Part shown: in pieces, positions 27,194-37,905 of the stretch
Position numbering within the stretch: position 1 is the stretch's first letter
How the letters are laid out: every line of letters starts with the position of its first letter
Assembly (NCBI GenBank): GCA_977020255.1
Contig: CDROCS010000372.1
Location: forward strand, 496,001 to 560,000
Direction of reading: 5' to 3'
Origin: Obrimoposthia wandeli
Lineage: Eukaryota
Length of the DNA: 64,000 bases
Notes under the pieces: model-generated
The model's database searches: none
What the model saw: the letters and a program-made list of their open reading frames with translations, nothing else
Told to the model about the DNA's origin: nothing
Made by a program: the position numbers and the translations under genes

Positions 27194-30031
27194 ATGAATA
27201 CAAATTTGTTTCAAAACAGACACATTGGTCCTAATAAAGAGGAGCAAGAAAAAATGCTATCAGCAGTAAAGGTTGATAGTTTAGATCAGTTGATTTTCGA
27301 AACTGTTCCTGATAATATTCTTCTAAAAAGCAAATTAGATTTAGCTCCAGCAATGAGCGAATATCAATATTTGGCGCACATAAAAGAACTTTCAGAAAAA
27401 AATAAAGTTTTTAAAAGTTACATTGGTTTGGGGTATAATGAAGCAATTGTACCAAGTGTAATTCAGCGTAATATTTTAGAAAATCCGGGTTGGTACACAG
27501 CTTATACACCTTATCAAGCAGAAATTGCACAAGGTAGATTAGAAGCATTGTTAAATTACCAAACAATGGTTTGCGATTTAACAGGAATGGAATTGGCAAA
27601 TGCCTCTTTATTAGATGAATCTACAGCTGCTGCAGAAGCAATGGCTTTATTATACGATGTTAGAGAACGTGCAAAGAAAAAAGCGGGTGCAAATAAGTTT
27701 TTTGTTTCTGATGAAATTTTGCCTCAAACATTATCACTTTTACAAACAAGATCAATTCCTATTGGTATAGAATTGGTAATTGGCAATCATGAAAATTTTG
27801 CTTTTTCTGATGATTTTTTCGGAGCAATTTTACAATACCCTGGTAAATTCGGACAAATATTCGATTACGAAGGTTTTGTTGCAAAAGCAAACGAAAACAA
27901 TATAAAAGTTGCAGTTGCTGCCGATATTTTATCCTTAGTGAAGTTAAAAGCTCCTGGAGAATTTGGAGCATCTGTAGTTGTTGGAACCACACAACGTTTT
28001 GGAATTCCTTTAGGTTATGGAGGTCCTCATGCAGCCTATTTTGCAACCAAAGAAGCGTACAAAAGAAGTATTCCTGGAAGAATTATTGGTGTTACTAAAG
28101 ACATGAATGGTAAGCAGGCTTTAAGAATGGCGCTACAAACCAGAGAGCAACATATTAAACGTGAAAGAGCAACTTCTAACATTTGTACTGCACAAGTTTT
28201 ATTAGCTGTTATGGCAGGAATGTATGCTGTATATCATGGTAAAGACGGTTTGAATTTTATTGCAAAAAACGTTCATAGATACGCAAAACTACTTTCAGCT
28301 ATTTTAGAAAACTTCGGTTTTAAACAACTAAACACTACTTATTTTGATACTATTTTAGTTGAAGTTGATGCTGAAAAATTAAGAGCTACTGCAGAAGCTA
28401 AAAAAATAAACTTTAATTATGTTGATGCAAATCATGTTTCGATTTCAATAAACGAAACGATAGACATTAAATCTTTTAAGGCAATTGTTTCATGTTTCGA
28501 AGATGCTTTTAATGTAAAGTTTGAAAGCTTACCTGTTACAACAGAAATACTTCCAGAAAACGTACAAAGAAATACACCGTTTTTAGAAAACGAAATCTTT
28601 AACACGTATCAATCTGAAACAGACATGATGCGTTATATTAAAAAGTTAGAACGTAAAGATTTAGCACTAAATCATTCTATGATTTCTTTGGGTTCTTGTA
28701 CAATGAAATTAAATGCAGCTTCAGAAATGTTGCCTTTAAGCAATCCTCAATGGGGAAATATTCATCCTTTTGTGCCTTTAAATCAGGCGGAAGGGTATCA
28801 AGTGGTTTTAAAGAAGTTAGAACATCAATTAAATATTATTACCGGTTTTGCTGGTACTTCTTTGCAACCAAATTCTGGTGCGCAAGGAGAATTTGCTGGT
28901 TTAATGACGATAAGAGCTTATCATCAATCAAGAAATGATTCACATAGAAATATTTGTTTAATTCCTGCTTCTGCTCATGGTACAAATCCTGCTTCTGCTG
29001 TAATGGCGGGTATGAAAGTTGTGGTTACCAAAACTGCAGAAAATGGAAATATAGATGTAAATGATTTACGTGAAAAAGCAATTTTACACAAAGATAATTT
29101 AGCAGCTTTAATGGTAACATATCCTTCAACACACGGAGTTTATGAAAAAGAAATTAAAGAAATCACCAAAGTTATTCATGATAATGGAGGGCAAGTTTAT
29201 ATGGATGGCGCAAACATGAACGCACAAGTTGGTATCACAAATCCTGCAACAATTGGCGCAGATGTTTGTCATTTAAACCTACATAAAACATTTGCAATTC
29301 CTCATGGTGGTGGTGGTCCTGGAGTTGGTCCAATTTGTGTGGCTCCACAATTAGTTCCTTTTTTACCATCAAATCCTATTATAAAAACTGGTGGAGAAAA
29401 CGCAATTACAGCTATTTCTGCAGCTCCTTGGGGTTCTGCATTGGCGTGTTTAATTTCTTACGGATACATTACAATGTTAGGCGCAGAAGGATTAACAGAT
29501 TCAACAAAAATGGCAATTTTAAACGCAAATTATATTAAAGAGCGTTTAAACGGACACTATGATACTTTATATACTGGTGAAAAAGGTCGTGCAGCACACG
29601 AAATGATTATTGATTGCCGTGATTTTAAACAAAACGGAATTGAAGTTGTAGATATTGCAAAACGTTTAATGGATTATGGTTTTCATGCACCAACAGTTTC
29701 TTTTCCTGTAGGTGGAACCATGATGATAGAACCAACAGAATCTGAATCTATTGCGGAATTAGACCGTTTTTGTGATGCCATGATTTCTATTAGAAAAGAA
29801 ATTTCTGAAGCTACAAAAGAAGATGAAAACAATCCTTTAAAGAACGCACCGCATACACAAGAAATGTTAACTTCAGATAATTGGGATTTACCTTACTCAA
29901 GAAAACAAGCTGCTTTTCCTTTAGAATATATTGCTGATAATAAATTTTGGCCTTCTGTTAGAAGAGTTGATGATGCTTTTGGAGACAGAAACTTAATTTG
30001 TTCTTGTAACCCAATTGAAGATTATATGTAA
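27194..30031 (+). CDS. gcvP: Glycine dehydrogenase (decarboxylating), P protein
   Basis: [27 protein letters not shown] (PLP Lys) and MIEPTESE motifs. Confidence 0.98.
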   Translation: MNTNLFQNRHIGPNKEEQEKMLSAVKVDSLDQLIFETVPDNILLKSKLDLAPAMSEYQYLAHIKELSEKNKVFKSYIGLGYNEAIVPSVIQRNILENPGWYTAYTPYQAEIAQGRLEALLNYQTMVCDLTGMELANASLLDESTAAAEAMALLYDVRERAKKKAGANKFFVSDEILPQTLSLLQTRSIPIGIELVIGNHENFAFSDDFFGAILQYPGKFGQIFDYEGFVAKANENNIKVAVAADILSLVKLKAPGEFGASVVVGTTQRFGIPLGYGGPHAAYFATKEAYKRSIPGRIIGVTKDMNGKQALRMALQTREQHIKRERATSNICTAQVLLAVMAGMYAVYHGKDGLNFIAKNVHRYAKLLSAILENFGFKQLNTTYFDTILVEVDAEKLRATAEAKKINFNYVDANHVSISINETIDIKSFKAIVSCFEDAFNVKFESLPVTTEILPENVQRNTPFLENEIFNTYQSETDMMRYIKKLERKDLALNHSMISLGSCTMKLNAASEMLPLSNPQWGNIHPFVPLNQAEGYQVVLKKLEHQLNIITGFAGTSLQPNSGAQGEFAGLMTIRAYHQSRNDSHRNICLIPASAHGTNPASAVMAGMKVVVTKTAENGNIDVNDLREKAILHKDNLAALMVTYPSTHGVYEKEIKEITKVIHDNGGQVYMDGANMNAQVGITNPATIGADVCHLNLHKTFAIPHGGGGPGVGPICVAPQLVPFLPSNPIIKTGGENAITAISAAPWGSALACLISYGYITMLGAEGLTDSTKMAILNANYIKERLNGHYDTLYTGEKGRAAHEMIIDCRDFKQNGIEVVDIAKRLMDYGFHAPTVSFPVGGTMMIEPTESESIAELDRFCDAMISIRKEISEATKEDENNPLKNAPHTQEMLTSDNWDLPYSRKQAAFPLEYIADNKFWPSVRRVDDAFGDRNLICSCNPIEDYM

Positions 30032-30080
30032 ACACAATTGTAAACGTGTAATTGTTTATGCGTTTATTTGTTTAAAAATT

Positions 30081-30131
30081 AAAACCGTTTCCTTGTGCTG
30101 CACTTGTTTCAGTATTTGAAACGGTTTTTTT
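30081..30131 (+). terminator. Likely terminator after gcvP
   Basis: AAAACCGTTTC...GAAACGGTTTT stem with T run; long loop. Confidence 0.55.
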
Positions 30132-30155
30132 ATTGTAAAAACAGGTGTTTTCACT

Positions 30156-30187
30156 GTTGATTTTCTCCTTGAAAAAAGCTAAATTTG
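30156..30187 (+). promoter_or_regulatory. Housekeeping-type promoter of the fic gene
   Basis: GTTG-N20-TAAATTTG, close to TTTG-N19-21-TAnnTTTG. Confidence 0.5.
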
Positions 30188-30268
30188 CTAACTACTTATA
30201 TAAGTCATTAAAACGGACATCTTATCAGTGTTAACGTTATAGATAATTAGAAGAACAAAACAGTCAAT

Positions 30269-31198
30269 ATGGGAAAAATGAAAGAGATTGATGAATGTCG
30301 AGATAAAATTCAATTTTATAATTCATATGACCCTGTTATATCGATAATAAAAGATAACTTTCAATTACATATTACCCAACACCTTGCTTCGCTTAAATCT
30401 ACTAACAGAATAGACCCTAAGGAAGATATTCGAAAATCAGCAACATCTAAAGGTACTGAACTTGAAAATTCAACAGAAATTCAAAAAGAAATATACTTAA
30501 ACATTGGGAGAAAGTATTCTTGTACACTATTTATGTTTGATATGGTTGATAAACCAATTGAACAATCCGACATTAAACTCTTTTATGAGATATTATTCAA
30601 TGTAACAGAATATAGAACTGATGAAGTCTTAGTTCAAAGACAAGATGGGGAAATACATAATTTCGCAAGACCAACTCATATTAGAGAAAAAATGAAAAAT
30701 CTAATTGAATGGTTAAAATCGAATAGAGAAAAAAGTGATTTGCACTCTCTCGAAATAGTAACTAAATTCCATTATGATTTTCTCGAAATTCATCCATTCT
30801 TAGATGGAAATGGAAGAATTGGAAGATTACTAATGAATATCTTATTAATGAACTATGGTTATTTACCGATTCTAATTCAACAAACAGATAGTTTAAGATA
30901 TTATGAAGCACTTCAATCAGCAGATGATGGAGATTCAAATATTTTACTTGATTTTTTTTGTGACAAACAATTAGAAACTCAAAATGACTTCGTTTCAAGT
31001 CCTGAATATCTTTCCATTGTTTCTAAATATGAACTTGAAGAACAATTAAAACAAATCAAAGGAACTGAAAAATGTTTCATACTTACGGAAGACACTAAAA
31101 CAGGAAACCTTATCAAAGTAGTTTTTGAATCAAATGGTTTTAACCTTTCTGAAACTACTTTTATTTCCTATGAAGGCTTTCATTACAATAATTATTAA
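30269..31198 (+). CDS. Fic family protein (AMPylase-type motif)
   Basis: Canonical HPFLDGNGRIGR motif, FHYDFLEIH, YYEALQSADDG; extra C-terminal segment. Confidence 0.88.
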   Translation: MGKMKEIDECRDKIQFYNSYDPVISIIKDNFQLHITQHLASLKSTNRIDPKEDIRKSATSKGTELENSTEIQKEIYLNIGRKYSCTLFMFDMVDKPIEQSDIKLFYEILFNVTEYRTDEVLVQRQDGEIHNFARPTHIREKMKNLIEWLKSNREKSDLHSLEIVTKFHYDFLEIHPFLDGNGRIGRLLMNILLMNYGYLPILIQQTDSLRYYEALQSADDGDSNILLDFFCDKQLETQNDFVSSPEYLSIVSKYELEEQLKQIKGTEKCFILTEDTKTGNLIKVVFESNGFNLSETTFISYEGFHYNNY

Positions 31199-31393
31199 AA
31201 AAAATAAATTAGTGCTTTTAAATCACAGAAGTAATCATTTGGACTTTGAAATGATGCAATTGAAATCCAAATATTGTTTAAAAACCTCCCAAGATCAGGC
31301 TACAAAGAAGAAAATAATTTTCACTAACAATTTAAGAAAACTAAAGCAGTTCAAATTATTTTTTATAAAAAAATCTTTAGCGGCAAAATAAAC

Positions 31394-32905
31394 CTAATAT
31401 AAACTAAAAACCTCCTCTATACTTACAACCTCTTCATCTTTTCTTCGTCTAAAAACTTGGTTTGCTTTTATGTTTGTAATTGAATCAAGACCAATTGCAC
31501 CCACAACTTCTTTAACAGCAACAATAGTTTTATTGTGGTAATTTTTTACACGAATATTTTTCTTTTCTACAACCAATGCTTTTACTAAATCGTCATCTTG
31601 TGTGGCAACACCAACAGGACAAGTATCTAAATTACATTCTCTTGCTTGTATACAACCTAGACTTAGCATAAAACTTCTTGCCATTCCTATAGCATCTGCG
31701 CCTAAAGCTAAAAATTTTACAACATCAAAAGCATCAATTGCTTTACCAGCAGCTATAATTTTAATCTGCTCTTTTAATTTATGTTCAATTAAGAGCTTGT
31801 TTATAAAAACCAAACCTTCAATTAATGGTGTTCCTATATAATTGGTAAATTCCATTGGTGCAGAACCTGTACCTCCTTCTCCTCCATCTACAGCAATAAA
31901 ATCTGGATAATTTTTAGCATCTGCAAACGCTTTTATCATTTGTTTTATTTCTTCGTTATTACCAACACATAATTTTACTCCCACTGGTTTTCCTTCGGAT
32001 AAATCTCTTACTCTTTGAATGAAAACAATCATTTCTTCGAAATTAGAAAACGCAGAATGACTTGGTGGTGAATCTACTTGTGTACCAGGTTCTACAGAAC
32101 GAATTTTTGCAATTTCTGCTGTATTTTTCTTAGCAGGAAGAATTCCTCCATGACCAGGTTTTGCACCTTGAGAAAACTTAATTTCAATCATTTTTACTTC
32201 TGTACGAATGGCATTTTCTTTAAAAATAGCATCGTCGAAAACACGTTTTCCATCTACAGATTTTCCTGCACCAAAATAACCTGTACCTACTTGAAAAATT
32301 AAATCCCCTCCTTGTAAATGGTAAGGTGAAATTCCTCCTTCACCAGTATTATGAGCAAAATTACCCATTTTTGCACCTTGATTTAATGCCATAATTGCGT
32401 TTTTACTCAAAGAACCAAAAGACATGGCAGAAATGTTTATAATAGATCCATTGTATTTTTGGGTACATTTATCGGAACCAAAAACAACTCTTTCTCCTGT
32501 AACTTGATGATGATTTTTAGGAAACAAAGAATGTTTTACAAACTCGTATCCTTTTTTATAAACGTCGTGTTGTGTACCAAAAGGAACTGTATCTTTTTGC
32601 AGTTTTGCTCTTTGATATACAATACTTCTTTTTTCTCTGTTTATTGGCGTTCCGTTTAAATTGTCTTCTATAAAATATTGCTGAATTTTATCTCTTTCTT
32701 CTTCAAAAAACCAACGCAAACGTGCAATTAAGGGAAATGCCCTTAAAAGCGAATGTTTGGTTTGTAAACTATCGTGAATTACAATTACTGTTAAAACACC
32801 AGATATTGATAGTAATATAATAGTTCCTATTTGAGGAATAAAATAAACTAAAACTCCTAATAAAATGGTTATTACTATGAATATTGAAAGAATTGTATTT
32901 CTCAT
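31394..32905 (-). CDS. FMN-binding glutamate synthase family protein with N-terminal membrane anchor
   Basis: ISAMSFGSLS, NTGEGG, IEIKFSQGAKPGHGG, DGGEGGTG and GCIQARECNLDTCPVGVATQD motifs. Confidence 0.9.
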   Translation of the reverse strand: MRNTILSIFIVITILLGVLVYFIPQIGTIILLSISGVLTVIVIHDSLQTKHSLLRAFPLIARLRWFFEEERDKIQQYFIEDNLNGTPINREKRSIVYQRAKLQKDTVPFGTQHDVYKKGYEFVKHSLFPKNHHQVTGERVVFGSDKCTQKYNGSIINISAMSFGSLSKNAIMALNQGAKMGNFAHNTGEGGISPYHLQGGDLIFQVGTGYFGAGKSVDGKRVFDDAIFKENAIRTEVKMIEIKFSQGAKPGHGGILPAKKNTAEIAKIRSVEPGTQVDSPPSHSAFSNFEEMIVFIQRVRDLSEGKPVGVKLCVGNNEEIKQMIKAFADAKNYPDFIAVDGGEGGTGSAPMEFTNYIGTPLIEGLVFINKLLIEHKLKEQIKIIAAGKAIDAFDVVKFLALGADAIGMARSFMLSLGCIQARECNLDTCPVGVATQDDDLVKALVVEKKNIRVKNYHNKTIVAVKEVVGAIGLDSITNIKANQVFRRRKDEEVVSIEEVFSLY

Positions 32906-32982
32906 TTTTTAATATTTATTTTTAAGGAAAGCTAAAAATAAACTATTCGTTTGAGAAACTAAAAATAGTAGGCAAATATGTT

Positions 32983-33100
32983 GCGTTAAGGATTGAAACG
33001 ATATCCTTTTTGCCTAGTTCGAGTGAATTTGCTTTTTTGCAAATTTGTATCGAGAACTCTGCAAAAAGATTTAGTGTAAAGCCTGACCTTTAGGTAACGC
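32983..33100. repeat. GCGTT...AACGC element with inner TCGAG element (33016..33057)
   Basis: GCGTTAAGGATTG..ATCCTTTTT[AGTTCGAGTG..GTATCGAGAAC]AAAAAGAT..AAAGCCTGACC..AACGC. Confidence 0.8.
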
Positions 33101-33224
33101 CCATACTTGAACAAGCTCAGTATTTAATTTTAATATGTTAAGATGCTGAAATAAATTCAGGGCAAAGAAAAAACTCCAACAAATAAATGTTGGAGTTTTA
33201 AGTATGTTTAAAATTCTAAAAGAA

Positions 33225-33479
33225 TTACTCTTTTTTGAATTTTGCATATTTGTTTTTGAACTTGTCAATACGTCCTGCAGCATCGATAAGTTTAGATTTA
33301 CCAGTGTAAAATGGGTGAGATGTTCTAGAAATCTCTAATTTTACTAAAGGATACTCTACACCATCAACATCTAAAGTTTCTTTTGTCTCTGCAGTAGAAC
33401 GTGTTATAAATACATCTCCGTTAGACATATCTTTAAAAGCCATCATTCTATAATTTTCTGGATGAATTCCTTTTCTCAT
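33225..33479 (-). CDS. rpmE2: 50S ribosomal protein L31 type B (no Zn-binding Cys)
   Basis: MRKGIHPENYR...LEISRTSHPFYTGK...GRIDKF. Confidence 0.95.
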   Translation of the reverse strand: MRKGIHPENYRMMAFKDMSNGDVFITRSTAETKETLDVDGVEYPLVKLEISRTSHPFYTGKSKLIDAAGRIDKFKNKYAKFKKE

Positions 33480-33741
33480 TTTAATATATTTTAATACTTT
33501 AATGTTATGTTTGTAAGAGCAAAATTGGTAAAGTTTTACTCGATCTTCTAAATAGCTGTTATTAACTATTTTGAGGATGCAAATTTAACCTTATTTTTTA
33601 ATTTACAAATAAATTATTCGTTTTTATTTGACATAAAAGTGTCTTTTAGCAAAATTAGTGTTCTTTTAAGTATTTAAAGTTGCTTTTTGTCACCTTTTTT
33701 TTGAATATTTACATTCTAATACATTGAAATCTATATAAATA

Positions 33742-34782
33742 ATGAAGAATCATTCTATCTTAATATCATTTTTAGCTGTTTTTTTACTGGCAGTTTCTTG
33801 TACTAACAATTATAACTTCTCTTTTGAGAAGCCTAAAAAAGTTGTTTTAAATGAGATTATAACTGTAAAATTGATTGAAGAGAATGGGAAACCTGTTAAT
33901 AAAATTCAGTTTTATGTAAACGGAAAAGAGGTTACTAGTAATGGGAACTCTGTAAGTATTAATACAGCAGATTTAGGTGTTGGAAAACATTCGATTAACG
34001 CTTTGGCTTTTTTAGAAGGAAAAACAGAAAAAGAAAATGGTACTATAGAGGTTTTTGCAAATAGCAAACCTGCTATTTATAAATATAAAATTATAAATGA
34101 GTACCCACACGATACGAAAGCTTATACACAAGGTTTAGAATATTATAATGGTTTTTTATATGAAACTACAGGAAAAAGAGGACAATCTTCTTTAAGAAAA
34201 GTAGAAATTAAAACAGGTAAAGTTTTACAAAAAATAGATTTAGATAAAAAGTATTTTGGTGAAGGAATGACAATTGTAAATAACAAAGTTATCTGGTTAA
34301 CTTGGCAAGCTAAAAAAGGTTTTGTGTACGATTTAGAAACTTTTAAACAAGAGAAAGAGTTTGCATATAATAAAAGTAAAGAAGGTTGGGGTTTAACGCA
34401 GAATGAAACTGAATTGATAAAATCTGATGGAACAAATAAAATTTGGTTTTTAAACAAAGAAACTCAAAAAGAAAAACGTTCTATACAAGTTTATAGTCAT
34501 GACAGAGCTGTAGGTCAATTAAATGAATTAGAATTAATTAATGGAAAATTGTACGCAAATAAGTATACAAATAATACAATTATAATTGTTAATCCAAAAA
34601 CAGGAGTTGTAGAAGGTCTTGCAGATTTAAGACCCTTAGAAAAAGAAATGGCGAAAACTCAAAAATTAAAGGCGCAAGACGAAGTTTTAAATGGTATTGC
34701 TTTTGATGCAGAAAATAACAGATTATTTGTGACTGGAAAAAATTGGGGTAAATTGTTTGAAATTGAATTGGTAAAGCAATAA
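33742..34782 (+). CDS. Glutaminyl-peptide cyclotransferase (lipoprotein)
   Basis: Lipobox AVSC; AYTQGLEY, YFGEG, EGWGLT, LNELE and VLNGIA QC motifs. Confidence 0.92.
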   Translation: MKNHSILISFLAVFLLAVSCTNNYNFSFEKPKKVVLNEIITVKLIEENGKPVNKIQFYVNGKEVTSNGNSVSINTADLGVGKHSINALAFLEGKTEKENGTIEVFANSKPAIYKYKIINEYPHDTKAYTQGLEYYNGFLYETTGKRGQSSLRKVEIKTGKVLQKIDLDKKYFGEGMTIVNNKVIWLTWQAKKGFVYDLETFKQEKEFAYNKSKEGWGLTQNETELIKSDGTNKIWFLNKETQKEKRSIQVYSHDRAVGQLNELELINGKLYANKYTNNTIIIVNPKTGVVEGLADLRPLEKEMAKTQKLKAQDEVLNGIAFDAENNRLFVTGKNWGKLFEIELVKQ

Positions 34783-34850
34783 TTAAATTATTTAAAAGTT
34801 CTATTTTAATAAAACATAAAATCGAGTTCAATCGAGACACAACAAAACGT

Positions 34851-36362
34851 ATGCGTTACTTTATTACTTTTATTATTTGTATTGTTATTATTTCTATAAG
34901 TTCTTGTAGAAAAGATTTTTCTACAATACCAAGTTCTGGAGTTTTAGAATTCTCTAAAGACACCGTATTTTTAGATACCGTTTTTACAAATATTGGTTCT
35001 GCAACCTATAATTTAAAAGTTTATAATAGAGGAAATAACGCAATTACAATTCCTAGTATTCAATTAGAAAAAGGCTCTTCTTCTAGTTATAGATTAAATG
35101 TTGATGGAATACCTGGTAAATCTTTTAGCAGCATCGATATTCTTGCTAAAGACAGTATTTTTGTATTTATTGAAACAACAATAAATGTTTCTGGTGAACC
35201 AAATCCTTTATACACAGATCGAATTTTGTTTGATAATGGAGATGAACAACAAGATGTAGATTTAGTTACTTTGGTAGAAGATGCTAACTTCATTTTCCCT
35301 GGTAAAGATGCTATTTCTATGAAGATTGATAGTTTGACTTTAGACGGAAAACCAACAACAATTAAAGGACGTTTTTTAGAAGATACTGAACTTACTTTTT
35401 CAAAAACGAAACCAACAGTTATTTATGGTTATGCTGCAATTCCTGCAAATAAGACATTAACTGTAGAAGCAGGTGCAAGAGTTCATTTTCATGATAATTC
35501 TGGTTTAATTGTAGATGACAAAGCTACTTTAAAAGTAAACGGAACTTTAACCGAAAAAGTAATTTTTGAAGGAGATCGATTAGAAAATGGTTTTAGTAGA
35601 ATCCCAGGGCAATGGGGAACAATTTGGATGCGTGCAGGAAGTAAAGACAACGAAATAAAACACGCTTTAATTAAAAACGGAATTATTGGAATTCTAATTG
35701 ACAGTATTGGATCTACTTCTACACCAACTTTAAAATTGCAAAATACAGAAATTTACAATCATTCTAACTTCGGAATTCTAGCAAGAGAAACCAATATAGA
35801 AGCGCACAATGTTGTTATTGGCTCTGCAGGACAAGCTTCTTTGGCAGCAACAATTGGTGGAACATACAATTTTACACACAGTACTTTTGCAAATTATTGG
35901 AATAATGGAATTAGACCTTTACCAGCAGTTTTAGTAAATAATCATTTTACATATACAAATGCTAGCCGACAAGAAATTACAGAAACAAGAGATTTAATAG
36001 CGGCTAATTTTACCAATTGTATTTTTGATGGAAATAACAACATCGAATTTATAATTGATAAAGTTGATGGTGGAGGACTATTTAATTACACAATCAAAAA
36101 TTGTATGATTCAATTTAACGATTCTAGTAATTCTTTAGATGGAGTTGCTGAAGTTGATTTTAATAATAATTCAAATTATAGCAACTTAATTTTAAACGGA
36201 ACTCCTAACTTTAGAGATACTCAGAAAAGCGATTTTATTATTGGTGAAAAAAGTGACGCCATAAATAGCGCTATTACAACTCCTTTTTCTTTAGATATTT
36301 TAGGAATCGATAGAACTACAAAACCAGACATTGGCGCTTACCAACACATTATTTTTAATTAG
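34851..36362 (+). CDS. Hypothetical lipoprotein (Ig-like and beta-helix-like regions)
   Basis: Lipobox ISSC; FS.DTVFLDTVF, GDRLE and GQWG segments. Confidence 0.75.
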   Translation: MRYFITFIICIVIISISSCRKDFSTIPSSGVLEFSKDTVFLDTVFTNIGSATYNLKVYNRGNNAITIPSIQLEKGSSSSYRLNVDGIPGKSFSSIDILAKDSIFVFIETTINVSGEPNPLYTDRILFDNGDEQQDVDLVTLVEDANFIFPGKDAISMKIDSLTLDGKPTTIKGRFLEDTELTFSKTKPTVIYGYAAIPANKTLTVEAGARVHFHDNSGLIVDDKATLKVNGTLTEKVIFEGDRLENGFSRIPGQWGTIWMRAGSKDNEIKHALIKNGIIGILIDSIGSTSTPTLKLQNTEIYNHSNFGILARETNIEAHNVVIGSAGQASLAATIGGTYNFTHSTFANYWNNGIRPLPAVLVNNHFTYTNASRQEITETRDLIAANFTNCIFDGNNNIEFIIDKVDGGGLFNYTIKNCMIQFNDSSNSLDGVAEVDFNNNSNYSNLILNGTPNFRDTQKSDFIIGEKSDAINSAITTPFSLDILGIDRTTKPDIGAYQHIIFN

Positions 36363-36552
36363 ATTCTTTCTCTCTTCTTTTTAAAAAACTTGCTAAACTT
36401 CCACCAGCAATTAATGCCCAAATTGCTCTGTAAACCCAAATATTTAATTCAAAACCAAAAAGAGCCTTGGTCTCACTTCCATCTAAAAAAGAATAAACTA
36501 CAATTGCGATTCCAATAACTACCCAGACTAAATTCCAATTATTATTTCTCAT
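36355..36552 (-). CDS. Small two-helix membrane protein
   Basis: 65-aa ORF with two hydrophobic helices, 8 nt after the amidohydrolase stop. Confidence 0.6.
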   Translation of the reverse strand: MRNNNWNLVWVVIGIAIVVYSFLDGSETKALFGFELNIWVYRAIWALIAGGSLASFLKRREKESN

Positions 36553-36560
36553 AATCTATT

Positions 36561-37841
36561 TTATTTTTTATAAACAATTCCATCTTTCATTACAAAAACA
36601 ACATTTTCCATTGTAGAAATCTTTTTTGTAGGATCGTCATCTACAGCAATAATATCTGCAAAAAAACCTTTCTTAATTTGTCCTAACTCGTTTTCCATTT
36701 TTAACAACATCGCGTTTGTAATGGTCGCAGATTGTATAGTTTCCATTGCTGGCATTCCTGCTTCCACCATAAAACCAAACTCTTTTCCGTTATTTCCGTG
36801 TTTAAAAACACCAGCATCTGTTCCAAATGCAATTCCAACTCCTTGTTTATAAGCTTTTGCAAAAGTTCCTTGAATTTGTGGACCAACTGCCAAAGCTTTA
36901 GGAACTACAATTGCAGGATAAAAACCTGGTATTTTTGCTTTCTCCTCTACTTCTTTTCCTGCAGTAATTGTTGGCACTAAATAAGCATCGTGTTTTTTCA
37001 TTAATTCCATTGTTTCAGAACTCATATAAGTACCATGTTCAATTGTTTTTACACCACCAATAATTGCCCTTTGCATTCCTTCATCTCCATGAGCATGAGC
37101 AGCAACGTGCATTCCGTAATCTTTTGCCGTTTCACAAATTGCTTTTACTTCTTCTATTGTAAATTGCGGATTATCTCCTGATTTCGCAACACTTAAAACG
37201 CCTCCTGTTGCAGTAATTTTAATACAATCCGCGCCATTTTTATAACGTTGCCTCACAGCTTTTTTAGCATCTTCTACAGAGTTTACAACACCTTCTTTTG
37301 GCCCAGGATCTCCTATTAATTTTCTACTACTTCCGTTTGTTGGGTCTGCATGACCACCAGTTGTTGCTAAAGATTTACCAGCAGTAAAAACTCTTGGTCC
37401 AGGAATTTTACCTGCATTTATTGCATTTCTAACAGAAATATTAACACCACTTCCACCTAAATCTCTAACAGTTGTAAACCCGTTTAATAATGTTGTTTTT
37501 GCAAAACCTACAGAATTAAAAGCAACATCTGCTTCGTTTAAAATATATTTATTAATTCTGGTGTTTCTATTAAATTCTTGCTCAATGTGCACATGAAAAT
37601 CAATTAAACCAGGCATTACAACTTTATCTTTTAAGTCTATAGTAATTGCAGTTCTGCTTTTTGGTGAAACATAACCATCCATTACATTGTAAATTTTATT
37701 TTCTTTTACAATAATGGTTTTTTTAGATTCGATTTTTCCTGACTTGGTATCTACTAATTTTCCGCATAAAATATAGGTAGTTTGTGCCATAGAAGTTTGT
37801 ATTGTAAATACTGTTATAAAAAGCAAAAATAATTTCTTCAT
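36561..37841 (-). CDS. Secreted metal-dependent amidohydrolase (Xaa-Pro dipeptidase-like)
   Basis: MPGLIDFHVH, GFTTVRD, IKITATGG, VAAHAH, IEHG and FGTDAG motifs. Confidence 0.88.
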   Translation of the reverse strand: MKKLFLLFITVFTIQTSMAQTTYILCGKLVDTKSGKIESKKTIIVKENKIYNVMDGYVSPKSRTAITIDLKDKVVMPGLIDFHVHIEQEFNRNTRINKYILNEADVAFNSVGFAKTTLLNGFTTVRDLGGSGVNISVRNAINAGKIPGPRVFTAGKSLATTGGHADPTNGSSRKLIGDPGPKEGVVNSVEDAKKAVRQRYKNGADCIKITATGGVLSVAKSGDNPQFTIEEVKAICETAKDYGMHVAAHAHGDEGMQRAIIGGVKTIEHGTYMSSETMELMKKHDAYLVPTITAGKEVEEKAKIPGFYPAIVVPKALAVGPQIQGTFAKAYKQGVGIAFGTDAGVFKHGNNGKEFGFMVEAGMPAMETIQSATITNAMLLKMENELGQIKKGFFADIIAVDDDPTKKISTMENVVFVMKDGIVYKK

Positions 37842-37905
37842 TTGTTTAATTTTAGTCTTTAAATGTATGAAAAAATACCTAATTTGCTACTTTAAAATTC
37901 ATATA

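Noticed and set aside
31125-31391. 88-aa ORF as an independent gene
   Set aside because: Overlaps the fic 3' end with a TTG start and low-complexity composition; kept only as a possible frameshifted remnant
33071-33283. 70-aa ORF overlapping rpmE2 and the repeat
   Set aside because: Alternative frame running into a MITE-like element
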